64,000 nucleotides of DNA, from the sequence record SRR20825019_624, one strand, 5' to 3'. Position 1 is the first letter of the stretch; every line of letters begins with the position of its first letter. A program made the translations under genes and the position numbers. Shown piece after piece: positions 1-10,463 of the stretch. The notes beneath the pieces were generated by a model, which was not told where the DNA came from, did not search any database, and saw only the letters and a program-made list of their open reading frames with translations.

Positions 1-1
1 A

Positions 2-91
2 CTGCTCGTTGACCACAAACCGTTCAAGCGAGTGCCCACAGGCAAACTTGCCGAGAAGATCGTCATCGACACTCGGGGAATTTGGACCTAG
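2..91 (+). CDS. wecC: 3' end (partial) of UDP-N-acetyl-D-mannosamine dehydrogenase-like nucleotide-sugar dehydrogenase
   Basis: Manual translation from nt 2 gives LLVDHKPFKRVPTGKLAEKIVIDTRGIWT*. The LLVDH..F and IDTRGIW motifs match the WecC-type C-terminus. The gene starts upstream of the window. Confidence 0.7.
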   Translation: MLVDHKPFKRVPTGKLAEKIVIDTRGIWT

Positions 92-489
92 CGGCCCCTC
101 TATCCGGTGCGTTCCTATAGATATTGCGTACGCATAGGCAGTGTAGCGCCACTATGTGCCAAACTCAGGATCGAGGTTCCGGACATACGATAAGCTCTGC
201 TAGTGAGGTAAAGCTGGCCCTTTGCTAGTTGTTTCTCTCCTGCGGGAATGCTAGTTTCTCGAAAATAAAAATTCATATCGCACTGAGCAGACCGGATGAA
301 CATGTGTCGTGGCAGCAAGCAAGAGCTTGAGCGCCCGTTGCGTGTTCTTGGTTTATGAGAGACAGACCCATGCCGGGGCTGTTGTTGGAGCGCTCTCGCG
401 CCAATGCTCAACCAAGAGTGCGATTCATATGAATGGCTCCATCCGGGTAATGAAACCCTCTCCGCAAGGAGAAAGTATGGAGACAGAAC

Positions 490-2085
490 ATGCCCAGTAT
501 TCGTTTAGCCCCTTTTGTCGTCGCGGTATGCCACCTGGCATTCGCGGTGCCTGTGCTTGGTGCGCCACCTGAAGATTTTTCCAGCCGTGTTGACGGTCTG
601 CTTGATGAGCTTGGCGTGCCGGGCGCGACGGTTGCCATCGTTGAGGACGGCTCTGTGACAATGGCCAAGGGTTTTGGAGTGCGGAGCCTCGAAAACCCGA
701 TGGCTGTTGATGCAGACACTATTTTTGCAACAGGCTCGACAGGGAAGGCGTTTACCACGGCGGCGCTTGCCATTCTTGTGGACCGCGGTGTCATCAAATG
801 GGACGACCGCGTTATTGATCATATGCCGGATTTCAGAATGTGGGACGCCTGGGTTACCCGTGAGATGACGATCCGTGATCTTCTCGTACACCGAAGCGGC
901 CTTGGGCTTGGGGCCGGAGACCTTCTGTTTGTTCCGCGCAGCGATCTTTCCCGCAAGGAGACCATGCGCAGGCTTCGCCACATCAAACCCGCGACCAGCT
1001 TCCGCAGCGGATATGCCTATGACAACGTACTTTACATGGTGGCTGGCCAACTGGTTGAAGAAGTCACCGGCGATACCTGGGAAACATTTGTTCAGGAAAA
1101 TATCTTCGACGTCCTTGGCATGAATAACTCGACCGTGAGCGACCAAGCGCTGGTTTCGAGCACAAATCGCGCGCGGCCACATGCTCGACTGAACGGTGCC
1201 ATCAGGGGGATGGGAGATCAGGTGCCACTTGATGAAACATCCGCGATTGCCCCAAATGCAGCGCCTGCGGGCGGCCTTGCCATCAGCGCAAACGACATGA
1301 CACACTGGCTGCAGGCGCAGCTTGGTCGAGGTAAAATGCCGGGCGGGGAGCGCCAGCTTTTTAGCGGCGAACAGTCGGCTCAGATGTGGACGCCTGCTGT
1401 ATTGCTGCCAAATTCGCCGCCGCCGGAAAGCCTTGCTGCCGCGCACCCCATGTTCCGCACCTATGCACTTGGCTGGACTGTGCAGGACTATCGCGGCGCC
1501 AAGCTTGTCTGGCATGGCGGCGCGGTGTTTGGCTCTCTTGCCGTGGTGGCGCTTCTACCTGATCAGAATGTTGGTTTCTACGTCGCAGTGAACAGTGAAG
1601 AAGGGCAGATGGTTCGCGGCCTTCTCTATGAACTGCTAGATCACTATCTTGGTTACCCTGAGGAACAGTGGCCGGAGAAACTTCACGAGTTCAAGACTGG
1701 CCGCCAGGTCGCAGCTGCAGCAGCGGTGCAGGCCCAGCTTGCGCCAGCGGATGATGCGCCGGTGACAAAGCCGTCGCTCGCGCTTGCAGGGTACACAGGT
1801 GACTATAATGACCCGTGGTATGGCACCATTTCCATTCGGGATGAAGATGGGGCGCTTGTGGTTGATTTCCCGCATTCTCTGGGGCTTTCAGCCACTCTTG
1901 AGCATGTGCGCTACAACACATTCATCACCCATTTCAACGATCCGGGCATGGAGCCTGCTTACCTGACATTCAACCTTGATGCTTCAGGGCAGGTAAGTCG
2001 GATTACAGCGCAAGCTGTGTCGCCAATCGCTGACTTCAGTTTTGATTATCAGGACCTGTTGTTCACGCCTGTATCTGCAAAGTAA
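490..2085 (+). CDS. Secreted serine hydrolase, beta-lactamase/PBP (class C-like, S12) family, with C-terminal DUF3471-like domain
   Basis: 531 aa with signal peptide. Motifs: SxxK (GSTGK), YxN (YAYDN), LLVHRSGL, WHGG, and C-terminal Y.G.Y.DPWYG.I.I. GGAGA SD upstream. Confidence 0.88.
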   Translation: MPSIRLAPFVVAVCHLAFAVPVLGAPPEDFSSRVDGLLDELGVPGATVAIVEDGSVTMAKGFGVRSLENPMAVDADTIFATGSTGKAFTTAALAILVDRGVIKWDDRVIDHMPDFRMWDAWVTREMTIRDLLVHRSGLGLGAGDLLFVPRSDLSRKETMRRLRHIKPATSFRSGYAYDNVLYMVAGQLVEEVTGDTWETFVQENIFDVLGMNNSTVSDQALVSSTNRARPHARLNGAIRGMGDQVPLDETSAIAPNAAPAGGLAISANDMTHWLQAQLGRGKMPGGERQLFSGEQSAQMWTPAVLLPNSPPPESLAAAHPMFRTYALGWTVQDYRGAKLVWHGGAVFGSLAVVALLPDQNVGFYVAVNSEEGQMVRGLLYELLDHYLGYPEEQWPEKLHEFKTGRQVAAAAAVQAQLAPADDAPVTKPSLALAGYTGDYNDPWYGTISIRDEDGALVVDFPHSLGLSATLEHVRYNTFITHFNDPGMEPAYLTFNLDASGQVSRITAQAVSPIADFSFDYQDLLFTPVSAK

Positions 2086-2165
2086 AAAATGGGGCGCGTC
2101 CCTTGCGAAACGCGCCCGATATGGTGGAAATACCCCTTTGTGCCCAACTTGGGCATGGAGGGGTA

Positions 2166-3326
2166 CTATTCAAGACAGCTTTCATACCTTAGGTCAGCGG
2201 TGCGTTCATCGCTCATGCGCTTCGCGATGTCGATCATTGCGGGGCTGAGCGGGCCAGCGACCTCGTTTGGTGACGAAAGCGCTGCTGACTGGTAGGCGAG
2301 CACAAACTGCTCCGCAGGCAGGTGCATTACGCACACCAGTGATGCACGCCCGAGAGTTGCTTCCATGTGGCGGGCCATGCCTGCACCCGCGTAATAGAAA
2401 ATCTGGCGGCCGGCGCCTGTGAAACCCATCATGAACATATCGTGCAGTCGTGTGTGCCAGTCGTCATAATCACCAATGATGTCTGCGGCGTACCCAAAGG
2501 TGCGGATATGCTGTGCCATCTGGCTGTTCCCGTTGTCCGAAAACCCTTTGAGGAGGTTTGACAAAAAGCCTGAGCCTGTGATCTGGCGGCTGTCAGCAAC
2601 ATATTCTGCCGTCCCTTCCATCAATAGCTGTTGGAACAGAAACCGGTATCCTTCATCCGGTGTTGTAATGTCCTTGAAGTCCATTCCCTTCTCGAAGAAA
2701 AAGTTGTGCTGCATGTCATGGAAAATTTCATGGGTGGAGATGAGTTTGGCGGTTTCAAAATCTTCCTGATAACTGCCTGTCAGACAATTGAGCGCGAGAT
2801 AGAAACGCCCGGACACGGCAAACCCTCCGCAAGGGTTCCCAATGACAGACAAGATAAGGTCGCCCTCATATTCAAGGTCTTCAGGCAGGTAAGGGGCCAG
2901 CGTTTCACCAACAAAAGCTTCGATTGCGGGCCCTTGTTCCTTAAAAAAAGCAACCACTGTTTCAAACTTGGCTTTGTCTTCAATGATGGGTGCAAAGCGG
3001 AACACATCTTTCTCTGGCACTTGGCAATGTGATGCAGCCTGCAGGCTCGTAACAAAGGCGTTGAAATTCCGCTTATCAGACATGCTGGAATGATGCTCAA
3101 TCTGGCTTTGAAGCGGCGCATAGGTGCGGAGAAATTTCTCGTCTACCTCGTTGCCCGTGCACACTATATCGAGAAGATACTCGGCGTATGATGCATCCAC
3201 AGTGACCTTGATATCTCGAGCGGAAACGCTCATAGGCGTGCAGAGAGCTAGCGCTAAAGCGAGCAGCCATTTGAGGCTTGGGCAGGTATGCCAGAGGCGA
3301 GTTTTGAGAGAAAATGGGCGCATCAT
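2166..3326 (-). CDS. Secreted putative zinc metallopeptidase (gluzincin; DUF5700/DUF2268-like)
   Basis: HExxH motif (THEIFH) plus downstream third-ligand motif LMEGTAEYV; signal peptide. Start moved to ATG 3326 because of an AGGAGGA SD. Confidence 0.75.
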   Translation of the reverse strand: MMRPFSLKTRLWHTCPSLKWLLALALALCTPMSVSARDIKVTVDASYAEYLLDIVCTGNEVDEKFLRTYAPLQSQIEHHSSMSDKRNFNAFVTSLQAASHCQVPEKDVFRFAPIIEDKAKFETVVAFFKEQGPAIEAFVGETLAPYLPEDLEYEGDLILSVIGNPCGGFAVSGRFYLALNCLTGSYQEDFETAKLISTHEIFHDMQHNFFFEKGMDFKDITTPDEGYRFLFQQLLMEGTAEYVADSRQITGSGFLSNLLKGFSDNGNSQMAQHIRTFGYAADIIGDYDDWHTRLHDMFMMGFTGAGRQIFYYAGAGMARHMEATLGRASLVCVMHLPAEQFVLAYQSAALSSPNEVAGPLSPAMIDIAKRMSDERTADLRYESCLE

Positions 3327-3533
3327 GTCTTTTGTTGTCCTCCTGTCGGTGGGCGGTGTTCTACCCTTTTTGATTTGGTTTTGAGCGGGCGCAGTGCACC
3401 CCACCCCGGCTCCGATGTCAAGATGTCCAAACTGCGTACTTGAGTGAAAAACTCGTGGCGTCACACCACCTTAATATTTGTGCTGCACACCCTAGTTGCC
3501 GGTACGTGAAGCAGCAAAATAGCGAGGGAATTG

Positions 3534-4349
3534 ATGCTGGGGCCTTTGCTCGGAGGAAACGATGGTCCGGCGGTTGAGCGGATCAATCCACTTGGTTCAG
3601 CACCGCTTGTATTGGTATGCGAGCATGCGTCCAACCGCTTGCCTGAACGCTTGGGCACCCTTGGGTTGACGCGTGACGTGCTGGAGGATCACATTGCCTG
3701 GGATATAGGCGCAGCACCCTTGGCCGAACATCTTGCGAACCTTATTGATGCACAAGCCGTGCTACAGCGGTTTTCCCGTCTTGCCTATAACTGCAATCGC
3801 GCACCAGACAGCGAGGACGCAATACCGTGCCAATATGGCAGTCGTCGTATTCCCGGCAACCAGTCCCTTGAGGACAATGCCATACGTGCCCGGTATGATG
3901 CGCTTTATCTGCCGTTTCATTAGGCCGTGGAGGCTGGTCTCAACACCGTTGGCCGTAGGTGCCCATTGGCGCTTCTTATATCTATCCAGACGTTTGATCC
4001 TGAAAGCTACGGGGCAGAACCATTTGATATCGGTGTTTACGGGGGCCAGGATGACAGGCTTGCAGGGTCGCTGATCACCGCTATTGAGCACGACAAAAGC
4101 TATAGTGTGCAAAATGATTGGCCGTTTGAGCCGTCAGCTACTGTGACCCATACCCTAGCCAAACACGGGGTGCGGAAAAACGTGGTGGGTGCGATGGTCG
4201 CGATCAACAATCGATTGGTGTGGGATACGGTGCGGCAGGAACGGATGGCTCGTTATCTGGCAGCAGTGTTGCGGTCAGTCATCGAGGGTGGCATATCGGC
4301 GCGGCCGGGGGATCCACCCGAGCAGGTTTTGGCCTCAGAGCTTTTATAA
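3534..4349 (+). pseudogene. N-formylglutamate amidohydrolase-family gene interrupted by an in-frame TAG (3921-3923)
   Basis: ORFs 3531..3923 and 3927..4349 are in the same frame, separated only by TAG-GCC. The N-half has CEHASN, HIAWDIGA, SRLAYNCNR and Y.PFH; the C-half continues the fold (ISIQTFDP, THTLAKHG). Confidence 0.75.
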
Positions 4350-4368
4350 CACGTTCATGGCATAATTG

Positions 4369-4384
4369 TTGACAGCGCTGTCAA
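4369..4384. promoter_or_regulatory. LacI-family operator TTGACAGCGCTGTCAA overlapping a -35 box upstream of the GH97 gene
   Basis: Perfect 16-bp palindrome with central CG; TTGACA-N17-TACACC. Confidence 0.8.
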
Positions 4385-4560
4385 ATATTCCTACACCGAA
4401 CGTGGGAAGGATTGACCGGCTATCCGGTGCTCTCCCCAAGGTCGCTTCCAATATAAAACAAGACCCGGGCCCCTCGGGCGAAGCGTGAATGTGGTAATCT
4501 GGCGTCTCACAGTTCCGAGCGAACGGTGTGGCACGCTTCACGATGGTTGAGGGGTTTTCA

Positions 4561-6597
4561 ATGATTTTGCGTCTATTCACTTTATTTCTGTTTGTCGTGG
4601 TTGGAACATCGGCGCTGCTCGCGGATGAGCCCGCGATGGTGTCGTCACCAAACGGCGAGATTTCTGTAACTGTCAGCGCCGATAGCGATCGGCTCTACTA
4701 TGAGGTTTCTTATAAAGGAAAACCGGTGCTGGCGCCGTCTCGCCTTGGTTTTCGGCTGTCGGAAGCGGACGGCTTTGACGATGGTCTGAGCATTACCGGG
4801 GCTGCGGAGACGTCTGGTGATGAGACATGGACGCTGCCGTGGGGCGAGCGTGAGACGGTTCGCAATCACTTTAACGAGCTGAAGGTTACGGTTACGGAAC
4901 AAAAGGGCCCGAAGCGGTACCTGAATGTTATTTTTCGGGTGTTTGATGACGGCCTTGGTTTCCGCTACGACGTGCCTGCTGATAGCGGTTTTGGCAAAAT
5001 AGGCATCACGGACGAGATCACCGAATTTGCCTTCGCGGAAGAGGCGCGCGTGTGGTGGATGCCGGCGCGCTGGTGGAACCGATATGAGTATGTCTACAAC
5101 GAAACCCAGTTGCATCAGGTGCCTATGGCGCACACGCCAATCACCATGCGCCGGGATGACGGGCTGCATATATCGGTCCATGAAGCGGCGCTGACCAACT
5201 ATTCCGGCATGTCGCTTGAGAAAAGCCACGCTACTACATTCAAGGCGAACCTGGCCCCCGGGCCGGATGGTGTGAAGGTGCGGCAAGAGGGTGCGTTCGT
5301 AACACCGTGGCGCACGATCCAGATTGCGGAAGCAGCAACCGGTCTCTTGAACTCAAACCTCATTTTGAACCTGAATGAGCCCAACAAGCTGGGCGATGTT
5401 TCATGGGTGCAGCCGGGTAAATATGTCGGCATCTGGTGGGGCATGCACTTGGGTGTTGAAAGCTGGGGGTCTGGCCCAATCCACGGTGCAACAACAGAAA
5501 ACACCAAGCGCTATATCGACTTCGCGGCAAAATATGGTTTTGACGGTGTACTGGTCGAAGGCTGGAACGAAGGCTGGGACGGTGACTGGTTCCATAACGG
5601 AGACGTGTTCAATTTCACCAAACCCTACCCGGATTATGACTTTGATGAACTGGGCCAGTACGCACGGGAACGCGGCGTACGTATCATCGGGCATCATGAA
5701 ACTTCCGGCAGCGTAACAAACTATGAAAACCAAATGGCAGACAGCTTTGCCTTGTTTGCTAAAAACGGCATCGCGCAGGTAAAAACCGGGTATGTGGCGC
5801 ACGCGGGCGATATCAAGCGCCTGGATGAAGACGGCAACGCAGTTTACGAGTGGCACGACGGCCAGTTCATGAGTCAGCACCACGAGCGTGTACTCATAGA
5901 AGCTGCGAAGCATAAAATCTCGATCAACGCCCATGAGCCGATCAAGGATACAGGCCTGCGCCGTACCTATCCAAACTGGCTGGCGCGGGAAGGCGCGCGT
6001 GGGCAGGAATATAACGCCTGGGGGTCCCCCGGCAACCCGCCCAGCCATACGGCAGTACTGCCATACACACGCATGTTGTCTGGCCCGATGGATTTCACGC
6101 CCGGCATCTTTGATCTCCTATTCGAGGAAGCGCAGCCAAATGACCGTGTGCGTACCACGCTCGCGAAACAGCTTTCGCTTTATGTGGTGATCTATAGCCC
6201 GATCCAGATGGCGGCGGACCTGCCGGAAAATTACGAAGCACGGCTTGATGCTTTCCAGTTTATTCGCGATGTGCCCACAGACTGGTCTGAAAGCATCGCG
6301 CTGAACGGAGAGATTGGTGAATATGTGACCTTCGCGCGCAAAGCAAAGGGCAGCGAAGACTGGTTTCTTGGCAGTCTCACCAATGAGGAAGCTCGCACGC
6401 TATCCGTGAAGCTTGATTTCCTCACGCCGGGGCAGGCGTATAAAGCGGAGATTTATCGTGACGGCCCGGATGCAGATTGGGATACCAACCCCTACGCCAT
6501 GGTGATTGAGAGCAGAAAGGTCACGGCCGCTGATGCGCTTGACCTGCCGCTGGCGCCCGGTGGCGGCATGGCCGTTCGCTTCACGCCAGCAAAATAG
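4561..6597 (+). CDS. Glycoside hydrolase family 97 (SusB-like alpha-glucosidase), secreted
   Basis: Signal peptide. Motifs PGKYVGIWWGMH, YIDFAA, LVEGWN.GW, GHHET, VKTGYV, RTYPNW.AREGARGQE, GPMDFTPGIF, SPIQMAADLPENY. ATG 4561 follows GAGGGG. Confidence 0.95.
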   Translation: MILRLFTLFLFVVVGTSALLADEPAMVSSPNGEISVTVSADSDRLYYEVSYKGKPVLAPSRLGFRLSEADGFDDGLSITGAAETSGDETWTLPWGERETVRNHFNELKVTVTEQKGPKRYLNVIFRVFDDGLGFRYDVPADSGFGKIGITDEITEFAFAEEARVWWMPARWWNRYEYVYNETQLHQVPMAHTPITMRRDDGLHISVHEAALTNYSGMSLEKSHATTFKANLAPGPDGVKVRQEGAFVTPWRTIQIAEAATGLLNSNLILNLNEPNKLGDVSWVQPGKYVGIWWGMHLGVESWGSGPIHGATTENTKRYIDFAAKYGFDGVLVEGWNEGWDGDWFHNGDVFNFTKPYPDYDFDELGQYARERGVRIIGHHETSGSVTNYENQMADSFALFAKNGIAQVKTGYVAHAGDIKRLDEDGNAVYEWHDGQFMSQHHERVLIEAAKHKISINAHEPIKDTGLRRTYPNWLAREGARGQEYNAWGSPGNPPSHTAVLPYTRMLSGPMDFTPGIFDLLFEEAQPNDRVRTTLAKQLSLYVVIYSPIQMAADLPENYEARLDAFQFIRDVPTDWSESIALNGEIGEYVTFARKAKGSEDWFLGSLTNEEARTLSVKLDFLTPGQAYKAEIYRDGPDADWDTNPYAMVIESRKVTAADALDLPLAPGGGMAVRFTPAK

Positions 6598-6698
6598 CGC
6601 CCGCTGCGCCCGGCTGTTGAAGGCGGGCGCAAGTGATGCCAAACTGTCCTCCGGTCAGCGTAGGCACTATGCCTGCCTTATTCGGGGGACATGTTTTT

Positions 6699-8198
6699 AT
6701 GACGACACAACAATCTGATTGCATCCTCGCGATGGACCAGGGCACGACCAGCAGTCGTGCCATCGTGTTTGGTAAAGCGGGGGATATTATTGCCAGCGCG
6801 CAGCAGGAATTTTCGCAGCATTATCCGGATGACGGCTGGGTGGAGCATGACGCGGATGAGATATGGCAAACAAGCCTTGAGACCGCGCAGGCCGCATTAA
6901 AGGAAGCCGAGGCGCAGGGCCACCGTGTTGTAGCCATCGGCATCACCAACCAGCGCGAAACCTCTGTTCTGTGGGACCGTGATACCGGTAAGCCGCTGCA
7001 CCGTGCAATTGTGTGGCAGGACAGGCGCACGGCAGATGTTTGCCGCAAGCTCAAGGCCGACGGCGCGGAAGAGGCCGTGCAGGATAAAACCGGCCTGCTA
7101 CTCGACCCCTATTTTTCCGCCACCAAAGTGGCGTGGATGCTGGACAATGTGTCTGGCGCGCGGGCAAGTGCTGACGCAGGCAAGCTGGCGTGGGGCACGA
7201 TCGACAGCTTCCTGATATTGAAGCTCACAGGCGGGAAGGTACATGCCACCGACGCTACCAATGCGAGCCGCACCAGCCTGTTCAACATTCGCACTCAGGA
7301 ATGGGACGATGAGCTTTTAAAGCTTTTTAACGTGCCAGCTTCTGTGTTGCCGGATGTGCTGGACAGCGCGGCGGAATTTGGTGTGACAGCGCCAGAGCTT
7401 TTTGGTCGCAGCATCCCTATTCTTGGGGTGGCGGGCGACCAGCAGGCAGCGGCCATTGGCCAATGCTGTTTTGATGTTGGCGCGATCAAAAGCACCTATG
7501 GCACCGGCTGTTTTGTGTTGATGAACACGGGCACCAAATTTGTGCCCTCCCAGAACCGGCTGCTCACCACAGTGGCCTACCGGCTGAAGGGGGAAACCAC
7601 ATACGCGCTTGAGGGCTCCATCTTCATTGCGGGTGCTGCGGTGCAGTGGCTCAGGGACGGCATTAAAATTATTGAAAGCGCCAAGGAAAGTGAAAAGCTC
7701 GCCACCTCCGTTGCGCATAGCGGCGGAGTTTATATGGTGCCCGCATTTACCGGGCTTGGTGCACCGCACTGGGACCCGGACGTGCGCGCGGCGATCTTCG
7801 GCATGACACGCGGCACCACACGGGCAGAGATTGTGCGCGCCACACTTGAAGCCGTGTGTTTTCAGACGCATGACCTTTTCAGTGCCATGGCGGAAGACGG
7901 GATCACGCCCTCTGTGCTCAGGGTAGACGGCGGCATGGTGGCGAACGACTGGATGGTTCAAACGCTTTCAAACACGCTTGGGCTGCAGGTGGACCGGCCC
8001 GTGGTGATGGAAACCACAGCGCTTGGTGCGGCTTATCTCGCTGGGCTTAAGGCGGGCATATACGGCTCGCTGGATGATCTGCGTGCGAATTGGCAGACAG
8101 ATCGACGCTTTGATCCGGAAGCAGGTGGTGATACGCGCAAAGCGCAAATCGAGAAGTGGCACCGCGCGGTGAAGGCTGCGCAGGCTTTCTCTGCCTAG
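6699..8198 (+). CDS. glpK: Glycerol kinase
   Basis: [58 protein letters not shown] 6699 follows GGGGGA. Confidence 0.96.
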   Translation: MTTQQSDCILAMDQGTTSSRAIVFGKAGDIIASAQQEFSQHYPDDGWVEHDADEIWQTSLETAQAALKEAEAQGHRVVAIGITNQRETSVLWDRDTGKPLHRAIVWQDRRTADVCRKLKADGAEEAVQDKTGLLLDPYFSATKVAWMLDNVSGARASADAGKLAWGTIDSFLILKLTGGKVHATDATNASRTSLFNIRTQEWDDELLKLFNVPASVLPDVLDSAAEFGVTAPELFGRSIPILGVAGDQQAAAIGQCCFDVGAIKSTYGTGCFVLMNTGTKFVPSQNRLLTTVAYRLKGETTYALEGSIFIAGAAVQWLRDGIKIIESAKESEKLATSVAHSGGVYMVPAFTGLGAPHWDPDVRAAIFGMTRGTTRAEIVRATLEAVCFQTHDLFSAMAEDGITPSVLRVDGGMVANDWMVQTLSNTLGLQVDRPVVMETTALGAAYLAGLKAGIYGSLDDLRANWQTDRRFDPEAGGDTRKAQIEKWHRAVKAAQAFSA

Positions 8199-8204
8199 GG
8201 TGAC

Positions 8205-9713
8205 TTAGGGGGCTGGCTGTGCCGCCATCCAGTCCGCCAGGGTTTTCTGTTCCGCGGCGGTGAGGGCGAGCCCTAGCTTGCTGCGCCGCCACAGCACATC
8301 GTCTGCCGTGTGCGCCCATTCTTCGCTCATCAGATACCGTACTTCTGCTTTATACAGGCCCGCACCAAAATGCTGGCCGAGGTCGCCTATGCTGACAGCG
8401 CCGCCTGTCGCACGCTCAACGGCTGTACCGTATGCAAGGCACAAGCGCCTTAGAACGGTAGGGTTCAGCCAATCCAGCTTTGCCTGCATGGCCGTGTATA
8501 ATGCCTCAAAGTCACCACCGGGGAAATCACCGCCCGGTAGCGCCACACCTGCCGTCCAATCCCCCTTGGCGTGCAGATAAGGGTGCAGCTTTTCAAACAC
8601 ATCTTCAGCCAGCCGCCTGTATGTTGTGACCTTGCCACCATAGATGCTGAGAAACGGTGGCGCGCCATTTTTGGCTTCAAGGTCCAGCACATAATCGCGG
8701 GTAAGTTTGGAGGCATTTTTGGCCCCGTCATCATATAGCGGGCGCACACCAGAGAAGCTCCAAACCACTTGCTCCGGTGTTATCGCTGATTTGAAATAGT
8801 CAGACGCCAGCGCGCAGAGATATTCTATCTCCTCGTCGTCAATACGTACCCGGGCGGGGTCTTCAGTGAAGGGCACATCGGTCGTGCCGATCATGGTATA
8901 TTTGTCGCGGTAAGGGATGGCAAAAACCACGCGTCCGTCGCTGCCCTGAAACGTGAAAGCTTGCTCGCCGTCATAAAGCTTTGGCACCACAATATGGCTG
9001 CCTTTAACAAGGCGCATGTTGGTCACACGCCCGCTATCTACCGGCAAGTGTTCCTGAACTGCATCAACCCACGGCCCCGCTGCGTTGATCAAGCTTCGTG
9101 CCTTGATGGTGATGCGTTTACGGGCTGGGGTTTCAATTTCCGCTAGCCAGAAACCGCCTTCCACACTCGCGCGCAGGAATTTATGGCGAGTCAAAATGGT
9201 GGCACCGCGGTCGGCTGCATCCCGCGCATTGGCGATCACCAAGCGGCTGTCGTCTACCCAGCAGTCTGAATATTCAAAACCTTTTTTAAAGTCATCCTTC
9301 AGCGGTTCACCCTGCGGGCACCGCCGCAGGTTCAGGGTGCGGGTGGCGGGCAGTTTTTTGCGCCCCCCGATATGGTCATAGAGCCAGAGCCCCAGGCGCA
9401 GGATAAAAGCGGGCCTGAGCCCTTTATGGTACGGTAATATGAACCGCATGGGGTGGATAAGATGCGGGGCCATGCCCATCAGGATTTCGCGTTCCTGCAG
9501 GCTTTCCCGCACGAGGCGAAACTCATAATGCTCCAGATACCGCAGGCCGCCGTGAATAAGTTTGGAGCTGGCGCTTGAGGTCGCGCTCGCCAGATCATTT
9601 TGTTCCACCAGTGTAACGGAAAGGCCGCGGCCAACACCGTCCCGCGCGATGCCGGCACCGTTGATGCCGCCACCAATGATCAGGACGTCTGTTGTTATAT
9701 CTGGTGCGCTCAT
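8205..9713 (-). CDS. glpD: FAD-dependent glycerol-3-phosphate dehydrogenase
   Basis: IIGGGINGAGIARD, TSSASSKLIHGGLRYLE, DCWVDDSRLV, GVRPLYDDG, GGKVTTYR, WRRSKLGL. Confidence 0.96.
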   Translation of the reverse strand: MSAPDITTDVLIIGGGINGAGIARDGVGRGLSVTLVEQNDLASATSSASSKLIHGGLRYLEHYEFRLVRESLQEREILMGMAPHLIHPMRFILPYHKGLRPAFILRLGLWLYDHIGGRKKLPATRTLNLRRCPQGEPLKDDFKKGFEYSDCWVDDSRLVIANARDAADRGATILTRHKFLRASVEGGFWLAEIETPARKRITIKARSLINAAGPWVDAVQEHLPVDSGRVTNMRLVKGSHIVVPKLYDGEQAFTFQGSDGRVVFAIPYRDKYTMIGTTDVPFTEDPARVRIDDEEIEYLCALASDYFKSAITPEQVVWSFSGVRPLYDDGAKNASKLTRDYVLDLEAKNGAPPFLSIYGGKVTTYRRLAEDVFEKLHPYLHAKGDWTAGVALPGGDFPGGDFEALYTAMQAKLDWLNPTVLRRLCLAYGTAVERATGGAVSIGDLGQHFGAGLYKAEVRYLMSEEWAHTADDVLWRRSKLGLALTAAEQKTLADWMAAQPAP

Positions 9714-10168
9714 TTGCAGGCTATGGTGCCGGAAACCGGTATGGTTGTCGACCAGCCATCGGTTTTATTGATCATCAGCACACCAATATGCGTGCCTGTC
9801 GCTTTTTCCTCATCCGATCGCGCAGGTCGGAGGGAGAGGCGCGCGGTCATGTCTCGCGCTTCAAACACCTGCAGGCTTGGAAAGCCGTCAAATGTATCGC
9901 GGGTCGCTCGTGTTTGAAGGAGGGCGTGGCTCGCGCCGTCCAGCGCAATCAGGGCGCCAGTTTCTCCGGTTTCCTGAAAAAAAACGGTCGCATCGCGGGA
10001 CGGAAAAGGCCTCGACCGCGCTTTGAGGCTGAGCCCGCATTTGCCTGAAACATCGCTCTCGGGCACCGGCCCCACGCGCATGAATTGCAGCGCGGTCTGC
10101 TGCCGGGTATGCGTATTTTGACACGCAGCTGTCGCTAAAAGCAGCGCTGCCAAAACCAAACGCTTCAC
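9710..10168 (-). CDS. Hypothetical lipoprotein, translationally coupled to glpD
   Basis: GTG start after AGGGGA. Lipoprotein signal VKRLVLAALLLATAAC. Its stop overlaps the glpD start (ATGA). Confidence 0.7.
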   Translation of the reverse strand: MKRLVLAALLLATAACQNTHTRQQTALQFMRVGPVPESDVSGKCGLSLKARSRPFPSRDATVFFQETGETGALIALDGASHALLQTRATRDTFDGFPSLQVFEARDMTARLSLRPARSDEEKATGTHIGVLMINKTDGWSTTIPVSGTIACK

Positions 10169-10331
10169 AATGTTTCCCCTCAAACTCTTTTTGGGGCGGT
10201 CGCCCACCATCCGTACCACAGCAAACTAGGGCGCCTGAATCAAGTCGCACGCGGCGTTATGGTCTGTTTTTCTGCTGAGGCGAAGGATTGCGCGCTCCGA
10301 AAGGTTTGCGAAAAGCCCCGTCGTTACTGAA

Positions 10332-10347
10332 TTGACAGCGCTGTCTT
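10332..10347. promoter_or_regulatory. LacI-family operator TTGACAGCGCTGTCTT upstream of glucokinase
   Basis: 14/16 match to the palindrome at 4369; TTGACA-N17-TAAAGA. Confidence 0.75.
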
Positions 10348-10463
10348 TCAAAGGTAAAGACACAGAACACTATTGGTCATAAGGGGCTTAAATGGGAAGT
10401 TTAGGGCCCCCGTGTTGAGGTTGGCGCAGTATGGTGTTGAGTTGCGCCGGGGAAGGGATCGTT

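Noticed and set aside
490-2085. Beta-lactam resistance gene
   Set aside because: The size and C-terminal DUF3471-like extension fit the broad serine hydrolase/peptidase group rather than AmpC; resistance cannot be inferred.
3921-3923. Pyrrolysine or programmed amber read-through in the amidohydrolase gene
   Set aside because: No pyl genes or tRNA are in view, many other genes here terminate at TAG, and the position is not catalytic. A nonsense mutation or sequencing error is simpler.
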